NCBI GenBank assembly: GCA_003162415.1
Contig: PMOL01000004.1
Coordinates: forward strand, 266,474-330,473
Direction: 5' to 3'
From: Candidatus Dormiibacterota bacterium
GTDB lineage: Bacteria; Chloroflexota; Dormibacteria; Aeolococcales; Aeolococcaceae
Length of the DNA: 64,000 nt
A program made the position numbers and the translations under genes. Numbering within the stretch: position 1 is the stretch's first letter; every line of letters starts with the position of its first letter. Below are positions 39,101 through 47,571 of the stretch, one piece after another. The notes under the pieces were generated by a model. The model had not been told where the DNA came from and did not search any database. It worked only from the letters and a program-made list of their open reading frames with translations.

Positions 39101-40259
39101 TCAGCCGTGGGACGGACGCAACGGTGCCGATGCCACCGGGATTGGTGAGCGTCAGGGTCGCGCCCTGGAGCTCGTCTGCGGAGAGCGCGTTGGTGCGAGC
39201 GCGCTCGATGAGGCGCTCGTACTCGCCTCGGAACTCGCTGAAGGGCAGGTCCGCGGCGTTCCGAATCACCGGGACGACGAGCGAACGCGTCCCGTCCTTG
39301 CGGACGCTGTCCACGGCCAGCCCCAGGTGGACGGCCCCGGGAACGCGGGCCGGCTTGCCATCGTCGGTGCGCGCGAAATGCGTCGTCATCGCCGTGCTCG
39401 CCGCGGCGGCCTGGGCGATCGCGTACCCGATGAGATGGGTGAAGGACACCTTGCCCGCGTTGCCGCCCGCGGCGAGCGCGCTGTTCAACTGGCGCCGGCG
39501 GCTGTCGAGGACGTCGACGCTGACGGTGCGGAACGAGGTCGCGGTGGGGATGTCCCGGCTTCGCTCCATGTAGTCGACCAGCGCTGCCGCCGGCCCTTTG
39601 ATCGGCTCGGCGTGCTCGCCCGCGGCGACTCGGATGGTCGTGTCGTGTCGTGGGGCCGGGCCGGCCTTGGATGCGAGCACGTCACCCTTGGTCACGATGC
39701 CGCCCGGACCCGAACCCTGCACCGAGTGCAGGTCGATGCCGTTTTTCGCGGCGGCGCGCCGTGCCAGAGGCGAAGCGTCGATGTCCGAGCCGTTGGCATT
39801 GAATGACGGCGCACTGGGTGCCGACATGGGTGGCGGAGCCGGTTGCGGCGCTGGTTCCGGCACCGCATCGGGACCCGCAGGCGTACCGGCGTCGGCGGCG
39901 GCTTCAATGCCAACCGGCTCGGGAGCTGCGGGCTGAGGCGCCGTCGTTTCGGCGTCGTCGTCCGCTTCCACAGTAGCCGGTTCAGGCGCTGGTCTCTCTG
40001 CGGGAGCGGCAGCGGGTCCAGGGGCAATCACCGCGAGGGTCGCGCCCACCGCGACGGTCTCGCCCTCGGCGGCGACGATCTCGGTGAGCCGTCCGGTTGC
40101 GGGTGCCGGGACCTCGACGTCGACCTTGTCGGTGGTCACCTCAACCAGGGGCTCACCCTCGTCGACGCTGTCCCCGACGGCCTTGAGCCAGCGGGAGACA
40201 ATCCCCTCGGACACGGACTCACCCATCGCCGGGAGGATCAGCGAAACAGGGTCAGCCAC
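36126..40259 (-). CDS. odhA: fused 2-oxoglutarate dehydrogenase: complete E2o (lipoyl + E3-binding + succinyltransferase) fused to E1o (TPP) component, 1377 aa
   Basis: N-terminal lipoyl domain ([15 protein letters not shown]), peripheral subunit-binding domain ([32 protein letters not shown]), E2 catalytic core ([10 protein letters not shown]...[17 protein letters not shown]). This is followed by a full E1o ([48 protein letters not shown]). Confidence 0.9.
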   Translation of the reverse strand: [1377 protein letters not shown]

Positions 40260-40400
40260 TCTTGAATCGTCTCACCTTCGCTCTTCAGCAGTGCGGACGG
40301 CCGTCGGCCGGTGACACCACCGGAGCTGGATCGGGGGGCCGTCAGATGAGCCCAGCCTCCTCAGCGGCGCAGGCGATGACCGTCGGGATCGCAGAGGGAG

Positions 40401-40682
40401 CTATCCGGCGTGTCGTTTGCGACGGTCGCCGGAGAAGCGTCGCCGCGCCGCACGGAGCCATTGGCGCGTGACCGGAACGAACTCCTCGTCGATGAGAGCG
40501 CAGGCGATGACCACCACCGCGGCGCATGCCAGGCCAATCAGTCCGCTCTGCCATGCCGGGAAAATCGGTTGTGCGTTGCACGAGCCGGTACACGAGACCG
40601 TGGCCTGCGCTGTCGCCAGCCCGAGGAGAATGCCGACGATCGCCGCGACGGCGTAGAGCAGGACGGTCCTGGCTGCGTTCAC
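40401..40682 (-). CDS. hypothetical small membrane protein
   Basis: 93 aa, two hydrophobic segments, basic C-terminus. No family recognised. Confidence 0.35.
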   Translation of the reverse strand: MNAARTVLLYAVAAIVGILLGLATAQATVSCTGSCNAQPIFPAWQSGLIGLACAAVVVIACALIDEEFVPVTRQWLRAARRRFSGDRRKRHAG

Positions 40683-40761
40683 GCGATGAATATAGGGCTG
40701 CGGTCAGCGACAGACAGCCGTGCGATCCGCGGCTCGCACCCTGACGCGGGTGTCGGCGCTG

Positions 40762-40856
40762 CTTGGGATATACACAGATCCGTATAATGCCGGAGCCGGG
40801 CTCACCCGGCGCGGCCGGTGGGGCGACCGACACAGCCGGATCTCTGGAGGTTGCCC
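40762..40856 (+). promoter_or_regulatory. promoter plus structured 5' leader, copy A of a duplicated element
   Basis: TATAAT at 40783-40788, then hairpin CCGGG-CTCA-CCCGG and block CGGCCGGTGGGGCGACCGA. GGGCGAC is complementary to GTTGCCC, which sits between the SD GGAGG and ATG 40857. Near-identical blocks recur at 45134..45242. Confidence 0.45.
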
Positions 40857-41222
40857 ATGCTTGGTATTCACCGTTTCCGCGCGGTCGTCGGGGTGGTTGC
40901 GGTCGCCGGCGTGGCGGTCTTCGCCGTTCATGCGGCGGCGCAACAGGCGCCGGCGCCTGGTCGGTACATCAGTTGGGCTCCGCCGGCGGTTGCGACTGCG
41001 ACCCCGGGGGCTGGGCCGGCCCTGCCACTCGCCAGCGCCTCGCCGGTCGCCAACGCGGGACCGCTCGGGGGTCTCACGGCGCCGCTCTCGGGGCTCTTCA
41101 AGCAGCTGAACGACAACACCGCGGCCACCGCGAAGGGTCAGTTCTCCTTGCTGCAGGAGCTCGAAAGCGCCCTCGCGTCCCACATTCAGCAGTTCTTGAA
41201 ATGGGTTACCGGCGGCCGATGA
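40857..41222 (+). CDS. hypothetical secreted protein (signal peptide, Ala/Pro-rich, helical C-terminus)
   Basis: ATG 40857 six nt after GGAGG. MLGIHRFRAVVGVVAVAGVAVFAVHAAAQQ signal-like N-terminus. 121 aa. Confidence 0.5.
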   Translation: MLGIHRFRAVVGVVAVAGVAVFAVHAAAQQAPAPGRYISWAPPAVATATPGAGPALPLASASPVANAGPLGGLTAPLSGLFKQLNDNTAATAKGQFSLLQELESALASHIQQFLKWVTGGR

Positions 41223-41246
41223 ACGCCGGGCGGTCAGAATCGAGAG

Positions 41247-43109
<1,863 letters not shown>

Positions 43110-43133
43110 TCTCGGCGAGACCGCTTGGTGCTG

Positions 43134-43259
43134 GTCAGCGCTCGGCGGGCGACTGGGCTGCAGTCTGGGCAGCGGCCTTCTTCGCTGCCTTGGCGATGGC
43201 AGCGGCCTTGGGCTTCTTCCCCTGACGCTTCGGGGCTCCGCGGGACTTCTCTCCGGACA
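43134..43259 (-). CDS. candidate small basic protein (41 aa)
   Basis: Below the ORF-track cut-off; translated by hand: VSGEKSRGAPKRQGKKPKAAAIAKAAKKAAAQTAAQSPAER. GTG preceded by GAGGAGAAGGCC. Confidence 0.3.
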
Positions 43260-43376
43260 CGGCCTTCTCCTCAACGATGTTGGTCAGATGGTGTTGAGAT
43301 TAGTACAAGCATTGATGAGTCGGGGAGCGGCGCCCCCCTGTGCCCGTCCATCTGGTCGACCCCGCGGTTTCGTGAG

Positions 43377-44384
43377 TCAGGAGAACAGCGAGCTGTAACC
43401 GTTGAGCGCCGGCTGCCCACCGAGATGCGCGTATAGGACTCGTGACGCGGGCTCTATCTCCTTGCTGGTGATCATGTCGATCATCCCGGCAAGCGATTTG
43501 CCCTCATACACAGGGTCGGTGATCATCCCCTCCAGCCGCGCACCGAGCTCGATGGCTTCGACGGTCCGCTGGTCGGCGATCCCGTATGTTCCGGCGTGGT
43601 AGCGAGCGTCGAGGATGATCTCGTCGATTCGCAGGTCACGACCGATTTCGATCAGAGAGGCCGTCTGTCGAGCGATCCGCGTCACCTGGTCGAGGGTTTC
43701 GTCGGGTTTCGCCGAGGCGTCAATCCCGATGACCCGGCGGGATCGCTCCTGGGCTGCGAAACCGGCGATCATCCCCGCCTGCGTGCTCCCTGTTACCGAG
43801 CAGACGATGACCGTATCGAAGAAGATGCCGAGCGCTCGCTCCTGCTCCTCGACTTCCTGCGCCCACCGGGCAAATCCCAGGCCGCCCAACGGGTGATCGG
43901 ACGCGCCCGCGGGAATCGGATACGGTGTGCCACCCGCAGCTCTCACGTCCTCGAGTGCCTGCTCCCAGCTCGCCTTGAAACCGATCCCGAATCCCTCGTG
44001 AACCATCCTGATGTCCGCGCCGAGGATGCGGGAGAGCAGGATATTGCCAACCTTGTCATAGACAGGATCGGGTCAGTCCACCCAGCTCTCCTGGACGAGA
44101 ACGCAGCGCATGCCCATTCGTGCGGCGACCGCCGCGACCTGGCGGGTGTGGTTGGACTGGACACCACCGATGGAGACCAGCGTGTCGCAGCCCTGCGCCA
44201 GGGCGTCGGCAACCAGGTATTCGAGCTTCCTGGTTTTGTTGCCCCCGAACGCGAGGCCACTATTACAGTCCTCGCGTTTTGCCCACACCTCGGCGCCGCC
44301 CAACCGCTTGGTGAGCCGATCGAGGCGATGCACGGGAGAAGGCCCGAAGAGCAGCGGTTGGCGAGCGAACGCGGCGAGTTTCAT
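43377..44384 (-). pseudogene. 1-aminocyclopropane-1-carboxylate deaminase / D-cysteine desulfhydrase family gene interrupted by one in-frame TGA
   Basis: ORFs 44073..44384 and 43377..44006 are in the same frame. Together with the 22 codons between them they read colinearly with AcdS-type proteins ([74 protein letters not shown]..., [20 protein letters not shown]). The only defect is TGA at 44073-44075. Confidence 0.8.
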
Positions 44385-44443
44385 GAGCCTCCAGTCGAGC
44401 CGACGGCTGGCAAGTCTATCGCCTGACGGAGACGCCTCTTTCC

Positions 44444-45079
44444 GTGATCGGGTTGTCTGAGGCGGTTATCGACTGTGGCGACGGCGCCCACGACCGCAGA
44501 TGCCACGATTCTCAGGTGAGTGCGCCACCAGACACCGTCGGCCCTGTCCTCGAGCGCAGCCAACGCGTGGTGCTCCGCAAGCTGCGTTTGGAAGACGAGC
44601 AGGCCTATCTGACGATGGTCGCGGCGAGCCGCTCATTGCACCATCCCTGGACCAGCCCGCCTGGCGATCAAGCTGGATTCCGCGCGCTGATGGAACGGGG
44701 CGCGGTGGGCGACTTCGTATCGCTCGCCGGCTGGCGCGCCGACGACAACACGCTGGTCGCGATCGTGAACCTGAGCCAGATTGCCCGTGGCGGTTTCCAG
44801 AGCTGCTACTGCGGCTTCTACGCCAACGCGGCCACCGCCGGCCAAGGACTCACCCGCGAGGCGCTCGAACTCTCCCTTCACTATGCGTTCAGCCGTGAAG
44901 GGCTTCACCGGCTGGAAGTCAATATCCAACCCAACAACACGGCTTCCCTGGCCCTGGTCCGCAGAATCGGGTTCCGGCATGAGGGGTTCTCGCGCCGGTA
45001 CCTCCACGTCGATGGGGCATGGCGCGATCACGAGCGTTTCGCCATCACGGCCGACGAGTGGCGGTCCGTCGAGGAGTGA
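44444..45079 (+). CDS. GNAT acetyltransferase, RimJ/RimL-like
   Basis: [15 protein letters not shown]..., [58 protein letters not shown]. The real start may be GTG 44516. Confidence 0.75.
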   Translation: MIGLSEAVIDCGDGAHDRRCHDSQVSAPPDTVGPVLERSQRVVLRKLRLEDEQAYLTMVAASRSLHHPWTSPPGDQAGFRALMERGAVGDFVSLAGWRADDNTLVAIVNLSQIARGGFQSCYCGFYANAATAGQGLTREALELSLHYAFSREGLHRLEVNIQPNNTASLALVRRIGFRHEGFSRRYLHVDGAWRDHERFAITADEWRSVEE

Positions 45080-45133
45080 CACCCGAGGCGTCCTGGGAGC
45101 TGCTCTTGCCGAAGTTGTTGGTGCGCGGTCGCC

Positions 45134-45242
45134 CTTGACAGACATACACAAATCAGTATAGTCTGCTGGCTGTCCGGGTTCTCGCCCGGAACGGCCGGAG
45201 GGGCGACCGATCACCGAGTCACGTCATCGGAGGTCGCCCATC
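45134..45242 (+). promoter_or_regulatory. promoter plus structured 5' leader, copy B of a duplicated element
   Basis: TTGACA 45135-45140, 16-nt spacer, TATAGT 45157-45162. Then hairpin CCGGG-TTCTCG-CCCGG flanked by GGCTGT/ACGGCC, and block CGGCCGGAGGGGCGACCGA. GGGCGAC is perfectly complementary to GTCGCCC, which lies between the SD GGAGG and GTG 45243. Confidence 0.45.
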
Positions 45243-45482
45243 GTGGTTCAACTCAAGTCGCTCATCGACAACTGGATCCTCATCGCGCAAGGTCTGCTCG
45301 CGAGCGTCGGTGCGCTCGCGTTCCTGGTCGCGTTCATGTACAAAATCGTGGCCGTCGATCCGGCCAGCGTCGCCCAGGCCAAGAAGTGGATCGGCCGAAT
45401 CGTCTTCGGCACCATCGGTGTCGAGGTTGCCGGCACGCTGACTCATGCCCTGATCGCCAGCGTCCCAGCGACGATTCACTGA
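45243..45482 (+). CDS. small two-TM protein resembling Gram-positive/actinobacterial type IV secretion pilin (TrbC/VirB2-like)
   Basis: 79 aa: LIDNWILIAQGLLASVGALAFLVAFMYKIVAVDPASVAQAKKWIGRIVFGTIGVEVAGTL. Hydrophobic helix, then D-P-x-x-V-x-x-AK, then a second hydrophobic helix, as I remember for T4SS pilin families. Confidence 0.5.
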   Translation: MVQLKSLIDNWILIAQGLLASVGALAFLVAFMYKIVAVDPASVAQAKKWIGRIVFGTIGVEVAGTLTHALIASVPATIH

Positions 45483-45491
45483 GCCCGCCGC

Positions 45492-46433
45492 GTGCAAGTG
45501 CTTCCGGGCATCGTGCAGGGGATCCGCGATCCCCTCGGCACGATCCTCCAGCTGTTGACCGGCGTGCTCTCGCACTTCATCGCGACCGCGCGTGCCGACC
45601 TCAACTCCGAGCTGAGTCGCTACCTGTTCACGACCGCCGATCCGACGGCATCCGGCATCCGGCCTTTGACGTCGAACCCGGCGATTGCGCACCTGAACGG
45701 CTCAATGGCGCTGGTCGCCGACGTGCTCGTCGGCGGCGTCATCCTCTACACGTCGTTGCGGAGCATCTTCGAGCACACCAGCCATGCGCGCTACGCGCTC
45801 CACCTCGCGATCCCGCGTGTCATGGCGGCGATCGTGATGGTGCACGGGTCGATCTACTTCATCCAGATGGCGGTGGACCTGAACAACGCGATCGGCGGTG
45901 TGGTGCAGTCGCTCGGCGGATCGCTGACCATCGACACCCTCCCCTGGTCAGGGTCGATGAGCCCAGCGACGGTCTCGCTCATCCAGGGATCGCAGGACCT
46001 GTTCCACGCGCTCTTCGCGCTCGGTGTGGTCGTGGCGGTGGTGATCCTCGTCCTCTCGTATGGCATCCGCACCGCGATGCTCGATATCCTCATCGTGCTC
46101 GCACCCCTGGCCGCGCTGTGCTCGGTGCTGCCCGACACGCGGCGGTATGCGATGACGTGGCTACGCCTCTTCATGGTCGCGGTGTTCATGCAGGCGGTCC
46201 AGCTGATCATTCTGCGGGTCGCGATGGCCGTCGGATTCGGTGCCGGGAGCGGCATCGCCGAGAGTCTGTTCGCGCTTGCGATTCTCTGGATCGTTCTCAA
46301 GGTTCCGGGAACACTCCATGCGGCCGCGCACGTCGAGACCCATGCGCATACGGCGATGCGACATGTCCAGCGGTCGATGCACAAAGCCCTGGCGCCGGCA
46401 CACCACGCGGTGCGCCACCGGACGGCCCTGTGA
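45492..46433 (+). CDS. polytopic membrane protein, VirB6/TrbL-like by topology
   Basis: 313 aa, ~6 TM segments, His-rich basic C-terminus. Sits between the pilin-like gene and the peptidase gene. Assigned from architecture and context, not strong motifs. Confidence 0.45.
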   Translation: MQVLPGIVQGIRDPLGTILQLLTGVLSHFIATARADLNSELSRYLFTTADPTASGIRPLTSNPAIAHLNGSMALVADVLVGGVILYTSLRSIFEHTSHARYALHLAIPRVMAAIVMVHGSIYFIQMAVDLNNAIGGVVQSLGGSLTIDTLPWSGSMSPATVSLIQGSQDLFHALFALGVVVAVVILVLSYGIRTAMLDILIVLAPLAALCSVLPDTRRYAMTWLRLFMVAVFMQAVQLIILRVAMAVGFGAGSGIAESLFALAILWIVLKVPGTLHAAAHVETHAHTAMRHVQRSMHKALAPAHHAVRHRTAL

Positions 46434-46939
46434 TCCGCGCATTCGCGGCGGTCACCGCGCTCGTCGCCGTCGGACTCTGCGGCGGCACCGCGGTCGCCAG
46501 TGGTGCGGTCGCCAACAATCCATCGGCTGCGACCTTCGTGAAGCCGCTCACCCACTCGTGGATCTCGCAGGGATTCGGATGCACCAGCTTCGCGTTCGAA
46601 CCGATCGACCTCGCGTGTCCGGGTGGGCACTGGCATTCGGGCATCGACCTTGCAGCGGCACGCGGGACCCCGGTGATGGCAACGCTGCCCGGTGTGGCCG
46701 ACGTCGTCGTCTCCGCCACCGGCTACGGCCTGCACGTGATCATCGATCACGGCGGCGGTCTGAGCAGCCTCTACGGCCACCTCGACACCGTGCTGGTCGC
46801 GAGTGGCGATCTCGTGCTCGGTGGAGAGGTCATCGGAACCGTGGGGTCAACCGGGAACGCGACCGGACCCCATCTGCATTTCGAGATACGGCGCGACGGG
46901 ATCGCCGAGGACCCACGCCTGGACCTGGCGCTCCCGTGA
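46430..46939 (+). CDS. M23 (LytM-type) metallopeptidase with N-terminal signal/anchor
   Basis: GTG 46430 (GTGA overlap). HWHSGIDLAAARGTPV, GYGLHVIIDHGGGLSSLYGHL, GSTGNATGPHLHFEIR, i.e. the HxxxD and HxH zinc motifs. Confidence 0.85.
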   Translation: MIRAFAAVTALVAVGLCGGTAVASGAVANNPSAATFVKPLTHSWISQGFGCTSFAFEPIDLACPGGHWHSGIDLAAARGTPVMATLPGVADVVVSATGYGLHVIIDHGGGLSSLYGHLDTVLVASGDLVLGGEVIGTVGSTGNATGPHLHFEIRRDGIAEDPRLDLALP

Positions 46940-46944
46940 ACGTG

Positions 46945-47571
46945 CTAGCCCGTGGGTACTCCGGTCGCGCTGCGGCTCTCGGCGGCGCTGCGCCGCGCCT
47001 GCTTCCAGACCACCCAGATCCGCTGCACGGCGGTGACGTTGGTGAGGATGGCGAGGATCCAGAGCGCCCATATCAGAAGCGGCGCGATCACGAGACCGAT
47101 GACCGTGATCACCACCCGCTCGGGGCGGGCGAGCAGACCACCATCACCGTTGAAGCCGAGCGACTGGGCGCGCGCGCGCACGTACGACACCAGCAACGAA
47201 CCGGTGAGCGCGAAGACGACAAGCATCGGCTCGAGCGTGTGGTGGCCGTGAAAGATGAAGTAATAAAGGAGCGCGATCGAGGTCATCGCCTCGGCGTAGC
47301 GGTCGACCGTCGAGTCGAGGAACGCTCCGTACCGCTGCTCGCGGCCGCTGACGCGGGCGAGGGCGCCGTCGAGGATGTCGAATCCGCTCGAGATCAGCAG
47401 CAGCAGACCGCCGGGCAGGAGAAAGCCGAGTGCGATCAGGACCGCGGAGCCGGCGCAGATGAAGAGCCCGAGCATGGTCAGGATGTTCGGTGTCAGGTGC
47501 AGTGCACGAAGAGCAGGGACGACGCGCCGCGCGCCGGACCTAACCCAGTCCTGGAGCCTGGACGTGAACAC
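46945..47571 (-). CDS. CDP-alcohol phosphatidyltransferase, phosphatidylinositol-phosphate synthase-like
   Basis: FDILDGALARVSGREQRYGAFLDSTVDRYAEA (DGxxAR...G..LDS..DR). Last gene of the ino1-acyltransferase-pimA cluster. Start set to GTG 47571. Confidence 0.75.
   Translation of the reverse strand: MFTSRLQDWVRSGARRVVPALRALHLTPNILTMLGLFICAGSAVLIALGFLLPGGLLLLISSGFDILDGALARVSGREQRYGAFLDSTVDRYAEAMTSIALLYYFIFHGHHTLEPMLVVFALTGSLLVSYVRARAQSLGFNGDGGLLARPERVVITVIGLVIAPLLIWALWILAILTNVTAVQRIWVVWKQARRSAAESRSATGVPTG

Noticed and set aside
44073-44075. Reassigned genetic code (TGA as a sense codon) to explain the in-frame TGA
   Set aside because: TGA clearly functions as a stop throughout the window, including many ATGA/GTGA stop-start overlaps, so a global reassignment is not tenable.
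45243-46939. Calling the pilin-like/VirB6-like/M23 genes an integrative conjugative element or mobile element
   Set aside because: The window contains no integrase, relaxase, VirB4/VirD4 ATPase or flanking direct repeats, and there is no compositional break.
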